From Pseudobdellovibrionaceae bacterium (lineage in GTDB: Bacteria > Bdellovibrionota > Bdellovibrionia > Bdellovibrionales > UBA1609): a stretch of 48,186 nt of DNA. Location of the stretch: the NCBI GenBank assembly GCA_030591685.1, contig JAUVAX010000016.1, forward strand, positions 1 through 48,186, in the 5' to 3' direction. The translations under genes and the position numbers were made by a program. Each line of letters starts with the position of its first letter. The stretch's first letter is position 1. The notes under the pieces were generated by a model. That model ran no database searches. It had not been told where the DNA came from and was given only the letters and a program-made list of their open reading frames with translations. Shown one piece after another: positions 1 through 8,350 of the stretch.

Positions 1-1402
1 GAGCATTTTCTTTAGGGACATACTGATATAACACTCCATGCTTGCCTTGATAAAAATTACCCCTAAATATAAGTTCAAGCTCAACATCCTTACCCACAGT
101 AAAAATTTGACCCACATTTTTGGGTATGGCACTTGTTGAAATAATTTTTTTCTCAGATTTTTCAACGCCCGATAGGTTGTGCCGCCCGACCTCTAAGCCT
201 AACTTGGCGTCTATAGCTGAAGGTGGCTTTGTGGGCTTAATTTGACTAAACTGGTTGTTTGCATAATAAATACCTTCACGAACACCGGCCACAAAGGCTT
301 CTACCCCTAAGTCTAAATCATGCCACGCTTGAGTCCCGTAGCGCAAATCAGGGGCTAGCCCGTATTTTTCTAATAGTTTATTTTTAAAGCCCTTTGTAAC
401 GCGGCCATTACCATCTTTACCAGCATGTATATAAACCATAGCGATTTGTATCAAAGCGGCGATTTCAACAGGGTCTCTAGCGCCAGGCCTTTGGTTGTCA
501 AATTTGTACATTTCATCGTTAGCCCATTTAAAAATACTATCCATGGCTTCGGGCACTATTTTAGGGCTGGGGTAGCTCATAACAACGTCGTAGGTGCCAT
601 TGCCATTTTTACTCGGGTTTTTATGCCCGGTAGACCAATGGGTTCTTAAAATAGAGTAGGCTTTAAGTTTTTTGCCTTTGGCCTCTGGGAAAAACCCAAG
701 CTCGATGAGGCTATCTCGAACACTCATGATCCCTTCAATTTGAGCCATAGTTAAGTTGTCATCATATAAGCGGCTTCTGGCGTGGCGGTAGTTGCCCCCG
801 CCCATGTATAAGAGGTTATAGAGTTTAGAGTCTTTGCTTTTAAAAAAGGGCTCTAAAAACCGGGCGGCTTTTTGAGCGCCAGGCATGGCTGATTTGCCGC
901 CTAAGCGGTGGGCTTCTTTCCAGATGTCTATGTTTAATTCAAACTTATCATTTGGGTAGCGGTTCAAGAGCCTTTTCATTTCTAAAAAATCAATAACAGT
1001 CTGGGCATTATAGACTTCAGAATAATGCTGACCATTTTGTTTAGACTGCTCGATTTGAGCCCTGTTTATTAATAGCGAGGCGGTGTAAGCATTAGGATCA
1101 GTAGGCGTGCCCCACTCGTAATTAATTTTACCATTTTTTTGAAAGTCCTCTCGTAAGCGGACGGTGTCTAAATCGCCAGGCTTTACTTGGGCGCCAAAGT
1201 CTTTTAAGGCCGTGGGTTGATAGGATTTCTCTTGAGCCCTTAACTGTGCTGGGGTTGAAAACACACCCGTGTACGTACTGGCTTCAAACAGAAGTGTACA
1301 AGTGTTTTTTAACGAACCCCTTGAGGCAAAGGTGGTTTGAAAAAGAGTAAGGGTTAATAAAACGGCCCCATATTTTTTGCTGGCGTGTAAAAACTTTGAC
1401 AT
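1..1402 (-). CDS. Secreted Fic-domain protein, runs off left edge (>=467 aa)
   Basis: Manual translation from ATG at 1402 is open to position 1: MSKFLHASKKYGAVLLTLTLFQTTFA (signal-like)...YPSPKIVPEAMDSIFKWAN...DPVEIAALIQIAMVYIHAGKDGNGRVTK (Fic-like motif, 392..427). Absent from ORF track because there is no stop in the window. Confidence 0.85.
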   Translation of the reverse strand, partial: MSKFLHASKKYGAVLLTLTLFQTTFASRGSLKNTCTLLFEASTYTGVFSTPAQLRAQEKSYQPTALKDFGAQVKPGDLDTVRLREDFQKNGKINYEWGTPTDPNAYTASLLINRAQIEQSKQNGQHYSEVYNAQTVIDFLEMKRLLNRYPNDKFELNIDIWKEAHRLGGKSAMPGAQKAARFLEPFFKSKDSKLYNLLYMGGGNYRHARSRLYDDNLTMAQIEGIMSVRDSLIELGFFPEAKGKKLKAYSILRTHWSTGHKNPSKNGNGTYDVVMSYPSPKIVPEAMDSIFKWANDEMYKFDNQRPGARDPVEIAALIQIAMVYIHAGKDGNGRVTKGFKNKLLEKYGLAPDLRYGTQAWHDLDLGVEAFVAGVREGIYYANNQFSQIKPTKPPSAIDAKLGLEVGRHNLSGVEKSEKKIISTSAIPKNVGQIFTVGKDVELELIFRGNFYQGKHGVLYQYVPKENA

Positions 1403-1925
1403 TTTAGTTAAGTCCTTTTTTTAATTTTATATGGTAGGTATATGGCTTAAATTTTAATATAAATAAGAAATAGCATATAGAGGGGGTCTGCTCTATATGA
1501 ATTCATTTTTTTGAAAAAAAGTTAGTAGTGTTAAAAAGTTATACGGTAAGTAAAAGTGCTAATAATTACTAAACATTTAGAGTGCGGCGAGGGTTTTTTA
1601 GTTAAAACTGTGAACAGTATTTACACCTAAAACTCACTATAGAATTATTTTAAAACTGTAAATCTTTGATATAATTAATAATTAAGTAGAGAGGTCCAAT
1701 GTCTGTCAAAACATGGGGGGGGGGATGGTCCAGTGGAATCAGGGGACTTGTGGGTATAATTAAGTTTTATTTTTAAAGCTTAAAAGGTCTAGGGTGTGTT
1801 AGCTCACTAGTGGAGCGGCGGACTAATGCGCGGCGCTAATAGCTTTAAAACATGCTGCCCCCTTAGACATTAGCCCTGCTCATTAGGTTTTAAGCGCTCT
1901 TCAAGGCTAGTTTTTTTGTACAAAT

Positions 1926-1953
1926 TAAAGTCACCCTATAGGCTCACCGATTT
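1926..1953 (+). promoter_or_regulatory. Possible sigma28 promoter
   Basis: TAAA-N16-ACCGATTT upstream of the 2036 gene; spacer one longer than consensus. Confidence 0.5.
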
Positions 1954-1976
1954 ATTATTTACTACATTAAGTATAT

Positions 1977-2030
1977 TAGCCAGGACGGCTACTTTATTAA
2001 GCTAAGGATGGTGATGCCAAGGAAAGGGTA
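1977..2030 (+). promoter_or_regulatory. Three CsrA/RsmA-type AGGA hairpin-loop sites
   Basis: TAGCC-AGGAC-GGCTA, GCTAAGGATGGT and TGCC-AAGGAAAG-GGTA; the last covers the RBS. Confidence 0.65.
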
Positions 2031-2035
2031 TTCAC

Positions 2036-2581
2036 ATGTTAATAAAAGTCGCCAAGGGTTTAATCGTTACTCTCATTAGTCTTTCGAGTTTATATACGCA
2101 GGCCGCGGATATACAGATCTTTGAAGTTAAAAAAACCTTACCACTTACAAATGACGAACCTGTTTATCATGATTTTTATATCAATGCAGGCAATGAGTCC
2201 GGCTTGAAGCCAGGGATGCTCATCACTGTTTTTAGGAGAGAGGCTCTTTATGACACCTATCGAAGTCGCTCCCCCGGAGAGTTAAAAGTCCCCGTGGGCC
2301 GAATTAAGGTGATTCATGTGCAGAAGGGCTTAAGTGTTGCCAGAGTCTTCTCAAAGATAAGCCGTAAAAACACACCCATATTAGATTATAATTATATAAT
2401 GATTGGTGATCAGTTGGATTTAAGCACGGCTAAAATGGCGCCCAAAAAGTCACGCACTCGAAAGTCAGCACAAGTGGCCCCTTCTCAAGTTAATAGACCG
2501 TCAGAATCTTTTTTAAGTACTCTAGAAATGGCTTCTCAGTCCGAGAAGTCCCCAGTAGTCCCTGTGAGTCAGCAGCTTTGA
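2036..2581 (+). CDS. Exported protein with FlgT C-terminal-like domain
   Basis: Signal peptide; YINAGNESGLKPGMLITVFR...PVGRIKVIHVQKGLSVARV pattern. Confidence 0.6.
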   Translation: MLIKVAKGLIVTLISLSSLYTQAADIQIFEVKKTLPLTNDEPVYHDFYINAGNESGLKPGMLITVFRREALYDTYRSRSPGELKVPVGRIKVIHVQKGLSVARVFSKISRKNTPILDYNYIMIGDQLDLSTAKMAPKKSRTRKSAQVAPSQVNRPSESFLSTLEMASQSEKSPVVPVSQQL

Positions 2582-2748
2582 GCACAGGGTCAGGTTTTGA
2601 GAGCCTGGCCACAGGATATATCTTCAAATAAAATCACCCCAAGTTTAACCCCTCTCAAAGTTATTTTTTGAGGCTAAAATTATCAGGTAAAAGCTTCAAT
2701 TGTGAGGGTGGGGGCTTGTATTTTATTGGGGTTTTGGTCATATAAAGC

Positions 2749-3642
2749 ATGAAAAGTCATTATCACTGTTTAACAGTTCAAAATGTAAAACGAGACGAAG
2801 AGGACCTTCTAACGACACAATTGTTTGAGTTAGGGGCCAGTGGTGTCAGTGAGGACCTTGAGTTTGTTCAAACAAACGATATCTATGAGCCTGAAACTAT
2901 AGAGAGTGATATTTTTAATTTAAAAGCCTATTTTGAAAACGAAGTTCATTTTGATGAAATTAAAAGTGTACTCTCTCAGTACGAGAGCATGACCTATGTG
3001 TTAAGTAAAGAGCCCGTAAAAGATTGGCTCGTAGAGTGGAAAAAGGGTTTTCACCCCTTTGAGCTTGTAAATAATATTTGGGTTGTGCCGACTTGGTTAG
3101 AGGCGCCATCAACATCAAGGGCCAATATATTTATTGATCCAGGTATGGCTTTTGGTACTGGCACTCATGCGACAACACAACTTGCAGCTCAGGCTATTTT
3201 TGAACTTAAAAGTAATAATACTCAATTAAAAACGGCTATTGATGTGGGTACTGGTACGGCTATTTTAGCTATGCTTTGTGAGGTGTTAGGTTTTAGAACT
3301 ATTCAGGGCACTGAAATTGATGAAACCGCAAGAGTCGTGGGTCAAGAAAATATGACCGCCAACAAAATGAAACACATTACAATATTAGATAAGCAAATAG
3401 AGCATGTAGAAAATAAATTTGATTTAGTCATAGCCAATATTATTGACGGCGTGTTGTTAAAAATTCAAACCTCTCTTAAGCGCGCCTGTAAGCCTGGAGG
3501 GTTCATACTTTTAACAGGCGTTTTAAGTGAAAGAAAACCCCATTTTTTAAAAAACTTCACCCTTGATAATGAATTTGATTTAATAAAAACATATGAAAAA
3601 GAAGAGTGGTTAGGTTTTTTATTTAAACGAAGGGAAACGTGA
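2749..3642 (+). CDS. prmA: Ribosomal protein L11 methyltransferase
   Basis: IDPGMAFGTGTHATT, DVGTGTAIL, FDLVIANI motifs. Confidence 0.95.
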   Translation: MKSHYHCLTVQNVKRDEEDLLTTQLFELGASGVSEDLEFVQTNDIYEPETIESDIFNLKAYFENEVHFDEIKSVLSQYESMTYVLSKEPVKDWLVEWKKGFHPFELVNNIWVVPTWLEAPSTSRANIFIDPGMAFGTGTHATTQLAAQAIFELKSNNTQLKTAIDVGTGTAILAMLCEVLGFRTIQGTEIDETARVVGQENMTANKMKHITILDKQIEHVENKFDLVIANIIDGVLLKIQTSLKRACKPGGFILLTGVLSERKPHFLKNFTLDNEFDLIKTYEKEEWLGFLFKRRET

Positions 3643-3648
3643 CTTTTT

Positions 3649-4407
3649 ATGCGTCGATATTGGGTAGGTAAAAAGGCCATAAAAGATAACCTTGTTACAC
3701 TTGAGGGGGATGTGCTTCATCATATCGTTGATGTGTGTCGACAGACGTCAGGTAGTCAGTTTGAGGTTCTTAATGGTGACGGTCAGGCTTATTTTGTTGA
3801 GCTTATATCGGCCCACAAAAAACAGGCTCTCTGTAAGGTTTTAAATCAACGCAAGGTAATCCCATTGCCAAAGCCCTTTATTACGCTTTTTGTATCTATG
3901 CCTAAATTTAGTAAATTTGATTTAATACTTCAAAAGTGTGTTGAACTAGGGGTTTTTGCTGTTCAGCCCTTTGTGTCTCAGTTTAGTTATGTTCGTACAA
4001 AAGATAAAATCTCAGATAACAAAGTGAAACGTTGGGGTAAGATTATCCATTCGGCAACAGAGCAGTGCGGGCGAGGTGACTTTATGGAGTTACGCCCCTT
4101 AAAGACCTTTGACGAAATCGTAAATGAATTTAACCCTTCAGAGGACGGCAAGGGTCTATTTGCTTATGAGGGTGAGTGTGATAAGAATTTAAAACAGGCC
4201 TTAAGAGAACTCCCTCATGTGCCAGAGCATTTATGGGTTTTTGTGGGTAGCGAAGGCGGGTTTTCTAAGGATGAAGTGTTGAAATTTAAACAAATTAACC
4301 TTGAGCCCATCACTTTAGGAGAACATGTGCTACGAGTCGAAACCGCTTGTTTAGCCCTTGTCAGCATGATTAAGTACGAAATGTTGCTAAATGGGCCTAA
4401 TACGTAA
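3649..4407 (+). CDS. rsmE: 16S rRNA m3U1498 methyltransferase
   Basis: QKCVELGV, ATEQCGR, VGSEGGFS, LGEHVLRVETA; follows prmA. Confidence 0.95.
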   Translation: MRRYWVGKKAIKDNLVTLEGDVLHHIVDVCRQTSGSQFEVLNGDGQAYFVELISAHKKQALCKVLNQRKVIPLPKPFITLFVSMPKFSKFDLILQKCVELGVFAVQPFVSQFSYVRTKDKISDNKVKRWGKIIHSATEQCGRGDFMELRPLKTFDEIVNEFNPSEDGKGLFAYEGECDKNLKQALRELPHVPEHLWVFVGSEGGFSKDEVLKFKQINLEPITLGEHVLRVETACLALVSMIKYEMLLNGPNT

Positions 4408-4486
4408 AAAAACGCACAGCAACATGGTCTCGCTCATTTTCATTTGGGCAATTATTTGATTAAATATAAGCTTAGATAAGTAATTA

Positions 4487-5437
4487 TTGGGGGATACCTT
4501 GGATAGTGACAAAAATTTTTTAGATGATGACTTTGAATTTCGACCAATTACAAAGGGTTTAGGGTTTCATAAAAAGCCCATCTCTCTTAAAGAAGAAGTG
4601 GTTAAAACGGAACTAATAAACAAAGCTTTGCCTAAAAGCGTTCCACATAGGCCTGCAGCACGTTTTTTACAACAAGAGGCCTCTGTAGATGAGGCATTAA
4701 CCTATGAGGATATTTTACTTTCCCTCGGCGAGTCAGAGCCGGTTAGAGCCTTGGACTCCATGGCGGACTCCATTGAGTATGATGTGCACTCAACAGAGTC
4801 TGTTTTAGAGGATCTTGATTTATCTAAAACATTTCAAAGGGAGCAACAGGCCTCGCCAGATATTCAACCCTCTGAGGTGTCAATGCCCACCATGCCCCTT
4901 AGGGATATTGACCAGAACATTGAGAGAAAGCCCTTTTCAACCCCTCGGCCGACTATTATGCCCAGGCCGGGCACTAATGTTCGGAGAAGCTCTTCAAATG
5001 CGCCCGAATCTAAACTAGAAAAAGCCCCTATTTGTGTGGGTTCAATGGTTTTAGATTCAGTTTTAGTTACAAGTTTAAGTTTAATTTTTACTGTGAGTCT
5101 GCTTTACGTCACACAGGTGAGTGTGCCGTTATTTTTATCAAACTTAAAATCAGATTTGCCCACTCAGTTAAGTTTTGGAGTTTTATATTTATCCCTTTAC
5201 CAAATGTATGTCGTTGTTACGCGGAGCTTTTTTGGGAGCACTTTAGGTGAGTGGACCTTTGAGCATCAGCTCGGTAACGAAAAGGACCAAAAAAGAGGTC
5301 TGTACCCCCTTAAAGTTGTTTGGAGATCCTTAATTATTGTTATGACTGGGTTTGTAGTATTACCACTCCTTTCGTTTATCTTTAGAAAAGATATTATAGG
5401 TTTCTTTTCTGGACTCGATCTTTACAAACGCAGATGA
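4487..5437 (+). CDS. RDD-family membrane protein with disordered N-terminus
   Basis: Three C-terminal TM segments with G-STLGEW motif; TTG start uncertain. Confidence 0.7.
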   Translation: MGDTLDSDKNFLDDDFEFRPITKGLGFHKKPISLKEEVVKTELINKALPKSVPHRPAARFLQQEASVDEALTYEDILLSLGESEPVRALDSMADSIEYDVHSTESVLEDLDLSKTFQREQQASPDIQPSEVSMPTMPLRDIDQNIERKPFSTPRPTIMPRPGTNVRRSSSNAPESKLEKAPICVGSMVLDSVLVTSLSLIFTVSLLYVTQVSVPLFLSNLKSDLPTQLSFGVLYLSLYQMYVVVTRSFFGSTLGEWTFEHQLGNEKDQKRGLYPLKVVWRSLIIVMTGFVVLPLLSFIFRKDIIGFFSGLDLYKRR

Positions 5438-5916
5438 AAAATTTGAAGGGTTATTATACAAGCTACCAAGAAATCTCTAATGATTTATCAATCGTTCGCA
5501 AGGACAAGAAAATAGTATTTACAAATGGTTGTTTTGACCTTTTGCATGTGGGTCATGTGAGGTATTTGGCTGAGGCCAAAGCTCAAGGGGATATACTTGT
5601 CATAGGGCTTAACTCTGACAAGAGCATTCAAGAACTAAAGGGCCCTGAAAGGCCCATTGTAGAGGAAGTATCGCGAGCAGAGATTTTGCTTGGGCTTCGG
5701 TCAGTAGACTATGTTTGTGTTTTTAACGAACCCACTCCTATTGATTTAATCACAGCCCTTGCGCCAGATGTTTTAGTAAAGGGTGGGGATTGGCCGGTGA
5801 GTGAAATCGTAGGGTCTGAGATAGTGTTAAATGGCGGTGGCCAAGTGAAGTCGCTACAGTTTGTTGTTGGAAACTCAACTACAAATATTGTTGAAAAAAT
5901 AAAAGCTCTTAAATAG
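5434..5916 (+). CDS. rfaE2: D-glycero-beta-D-manno-heptose 1-phosphate adenylyltransferase (HldE domain II)
   Basis: [42 protein letters not shown]. Confidence 0.93.
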   Translation: MKNLKGYYTSYQEISNDLSIVRKDKKIVFTNGCFDLLHVGHVRYLAEAKAQGDILVIGLNSDKSIQELKGPERPIVEEVSRAEILLGLRSVDYVCVFNEPTPIDLITALAPDVLVKGGDWPVSEIVGSEIVLNGGGQVKSLQFVVGNSTTNIVEKIKALK

Positions 5917-5955
5917 TGCTAACGCACTTTGATTATAATTTATAATAATATTGTT

Positions 5956-6053
5956 TTACTGATTACTGATTACTGATTACTGATTACTGATTACTGATTA
6001 CTGATTACTGATTACTGATTACTGATTACTGATTACTGATTACTGATTACTGA
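5956..6053. repeat. Perfect tandem repeat (TTACTGA)x14
   Basis: 98 bp = 14 exact copies between two convergent genes. Confidence 0.98.
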
Positions 6054-6054
6054 T

Positions 6055-6774
6055 TTAAAATCGAAGACCAACCTTTGTACTGTACACGGGTTCTTTATAG
6101 CGATCTACCTGCGCACTTACAAACACCTTTGAGTAAGCATAGGTAAATCCAATAAGAGAATGAATGTGCGTAACGGAGAGGCTCTCTGCAAGGCCTGTGT
6201 CTGTAAAATTACTCCCCTCTCGAACTCCGACAAACTTACTAATCGTTTTAACTTGCCCCACGCCGGCATAAAAAGAAGCCCTTTCAAAACTAAACCCTGC
6301 TGTGACTTCAACCCCTGTGGAGTTTGAAGTGATGCTGTCATCAACATTACTTGTATTATTGTGAACAAGCAGGGACCAAACAATGGGGAGAAACTTTCCT
6401 TGAAAAAAGCTCCACTTTAAAAGTATTCCGTATTGAGAAATAGTGGTTTGTCGCAAAGGGGGGGTAAAGTCAAAGTACAAATCCATATCATTAAAAAGAC
6501 CCTTCGCAAAAGAAAACTTAGGGTACCTTAGCTTTGAGGGCTGAATAAGTAGGGTAGAGCTTGAAAGGTCAATTTCTTCGACGTTAATGCCAATTTCATA
6601 CCCGGGGAACCCTCCTAGGGGGAAGGGGGCGGAGAGGAGCTTTGTTGAAAGGTTCATCCCTAGGGTGTGCACAAGCTTTTCGCGCTCTTGGGCGTTGAGT
6701 CCTGAAGCCAGTAAAACTTTAGCATAGGAGGGGTTAATAGGTAAAAGTATAAAAATAATGAGTAAAAAACGCAT
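6055..6774 (-). CDS. Probable outer-membrane beta-barrel protein
   Basis: Signal peptide, amphipathic beta-strand pattern, C-terminal YSTKVGLRF. Confidence 0.65.
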   Translation of the reverse strand: MRFLLIIFILLPINPSYAKVLLASGLNAQEREKLVHTLGMNLSTKLLSAPFPLGGFPGYEIGINVEEIDLSSSTLLIQPSKLRYPKFSFAKGLFNDMDLYFDFTPPLRQTTISQYGILLKWSFFQGKFLPIVWSLLVHNNTSNVDDSITSNSTGVEVTAGFSFERASFYAGVGQVKTISKFVGVREGSNFTDTGLAESLSVTHIHSLIGFTYAYSKVFVSAQVDRYKEPVYSTKVGLRF

Positions 6775-6818
6775 GATTTATATTATAAAAGACCAGTCAT
6801 TAAGCCAAGTAAAAGTCT

Positions 6819-6849
6819 AAAAAAAAACCCTGGAACAAAAGTTCCAGGG
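6819..6849 (-). terminator. Intrinsic terminator ending the fla1 3' trailer
   Basis: CCCTGGAAC-TTTT-GTTCCAGGG followed by T9 on the minus strand. Confidence 0.9.
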
Positions 6850-6945
6850 CGGGCTTAAGAGTCGAAGTAAAGTAAAAAACTCTACAACGGGCTACTCATC
6901 TAAACTTAAAGTTAGAAAATTAAATAATAAGCTTAAATCAAAAGC
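6819..6945 (-). ncRNA. Candidate 3'-UTR-derived antisense RNA of fla1
   Basis: Lies between a stop-proximal hairpin and a terminator; 18-nt and 10-nt complementarity to the fla2 leader and 9-nt to the fla2 trailer. Confidence 0.5.
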
Positions 6946-6971
6946 CGGGAGCCAAAGCTGTTGGCCCCCAG
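6940..6971 (-). terminator. Stop-proximal hairpin (weak terminator or processing site) after fla1
   Basis: CTGGGGGCCAA-CAGCT-TTGGCTCCCGG then CTTTT. Confidence 0.6.
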
Positions 6972-6986
6972 TTCTTTAAAATTATA

Positions 6987-7811
6987 CTAAATCAGTCTCA
7001 GTGCGCTTTGTCCGTTTTGGTTAGCACTAGCTAAGACCCCAATGGCTGCGCTTTGTAAAATACTAGCAGATGCGAGCTCAGAGGTTTCGTGAGCAATATC
7101 AGCATCTTGTATTCTCGATTGTGCCGCAGAGAGGTTTTCGTTTTGTATGTCCAGATTACTTACAGTAACTTGTAATCTAGATTGAACAGCACCAAAGTCG
7201 GCTCGCATTTTACTGAGCTTCTCAATGGCGCTATCTACAGCTGAGAGTGTGTCCCTCGACCCGCTTTTATCAGTGATGTCGAGCCCATCAATACCGAGTT
7301 CTCCGGTTGTGGCGTCGGCATTCATCTCATATCTAATAATGTTTTCTTCTCCAGCAAATGGTCCAACATGGTACTCAAGTTCACCACCTGAGCCATTTAA
7401 AAGCTGTTTATTCCCAAACCTTGTGGATTGTGAAATACGCTCAGACTCTTTTATAAGTTGCTGTGCTTCTTGGTTTAAAAATTCTCGTTCTATATTACTG
7501 ACCGTATCACTGGCCCCCTGCACCCCAAGCTCTCTAAGCCTTATCAGGATGTTATTAATTTCATTCAACCCACCCTCACTAACTTGTATCAGTGACTGTG
7601 CGTTGTATGCATTGCTTCGAGCCATTCGGATCCCTTTAACTTGGCCCTTTATATTTTGTGATATCGCAAGGCCGGCGGCATCGTCGGCAGCGTTAACGAT
7701 TCGGCTCCCAGAAGCCAGAGCTGATTGTGCATGCTCTAATCGCCGTTGGTTTTTTGATAATTGCCTTTGTGCATTTATAGATGCTGTGTTTGTATTGATT
7801 CTTAAGCCCAT
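6987..7811 (-). CDS. fliC: Flagellin (fla1), 274 aa
   Basis: MGLRINTN...SGSRIVNAADDAAGLAI...SRIQDADIA; start moved to ATG 7811 after the AGGGGG RBS. Confidence 0.97.
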   Translation of the reverse strand: MGLRINTNTASINAQRQLSKNQRRLEHAQSALASGSRIVNAADDAAGLAISQNIKGQVKGIRMARSNAYNAQSLIQVSEGGLNEINNILIRLRELGVQGASDTVSNIEREFLNQEAQQLIKESERISQSTRFGNKQLLNGSGGELEYHVGPFAGEENIIRYEMNADATTGELGIDGLDITDKSGSRDTLSAVDSAIEKLSKMRADFGAVQSRLQVTVSNLDIQNENLSAAQSRIQDADIAHETSELASASILQSAAIGVLASANQNGQSALRLI

Positions 7812-8150
7812 TGGTAAGCCCCCTAGTAGTATTGTTTTTTGCTCATCCATGTATTTTTCTTGCCACTTAAGACAGAGAGCTTACAAAAAAAGAAGGTTTT
7901 AATTAAAAAAAACTATAGTGGCTATAAAAATAGCACACAGCTTTTTTTAGATTAAAAAACTTCTAGTTATGGGCTTCTTTGCTTAATAGCAAGGACCACG
8001 TCCTAGTCTTTATTAAGTTGTTACTTGGAGACGCTCTAAATTCAAGAGGGGTGACTGACCCTCTTAAAATTTAAAGACTTATTAGAAAGGCTTATTTCAG
8101 TGACTGCTAAAACAAACGTTCTCTTTTAAGGTGCTCCAACATGTTCTGAT
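7812..8150 (-). ncRNA. Long (~340 nt) fla1 5' leader with segments antisense to other flagellin leaders
   Basis: Between the sigma28 promoter and start codon; 15-nt exact complements of fla2 and fla4 leader segments; hairpin 8037..8073 with CAGUCAC loop. Confidence 0.55.
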
Positions 8151-8154
8151 AACC

Positions 8155-8181
8155 TCATCGACCAAGGTCCAGGAAACTTTA
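8155..8181 (-). promoter_or_regulatory. sigma28 promoter of fla1
   Basis: TAAA-N15-GTCGATGA. Confidence 0.85.
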
Positions 8182-8287
8182 GTACTTTGGTCTAGTTTTA
8201 TTTGCCGCAGCGCGTCTAGTCATTGAAATCACAGGAAATAGAAAATAAAAAAACTTATATAAAAAATGAAAAGACTAAAGTCACAAT

Positions 8288-8322
8288 AAATAAAGCCCTT
8301 AAAAGGTTTACTTTTAAGGGCT
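8288..8322 (-). terminator. Intrinsic terminator of fla2
   Basis: AGCCCTTAAAAG-TAAAC-CTTTTAAGGGCT followed by TTATTT. Confidence 0.8.
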
Positions 8323-8350
8323 GTTTTTGTTTTTTTGGGTGCCCGCCCTT

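Noticed and set aside
425..649. 74-aa plus-strand ORF
   Set aside because: Antisense to the Fic gene
7225..7902. 225-aa plus-strand ORF and the other short antisense ORFs in the track
   Set aside because: Shadows of well-supported genes on the opposite strand or frame
7899..7915. TTAATTAAAAAAA(A)CTA match between fla1 and fla4 leader regions
   Set aside because: Fits the pairing model but is too low in complexity to count as evidence
7812..8150. c-di-GMP riboswitch in the flagellin leaders
   Set aside because: No class I core (GCAAA...GNRA stem...GCAAAG) recognisable by eye; cmscan would settle it
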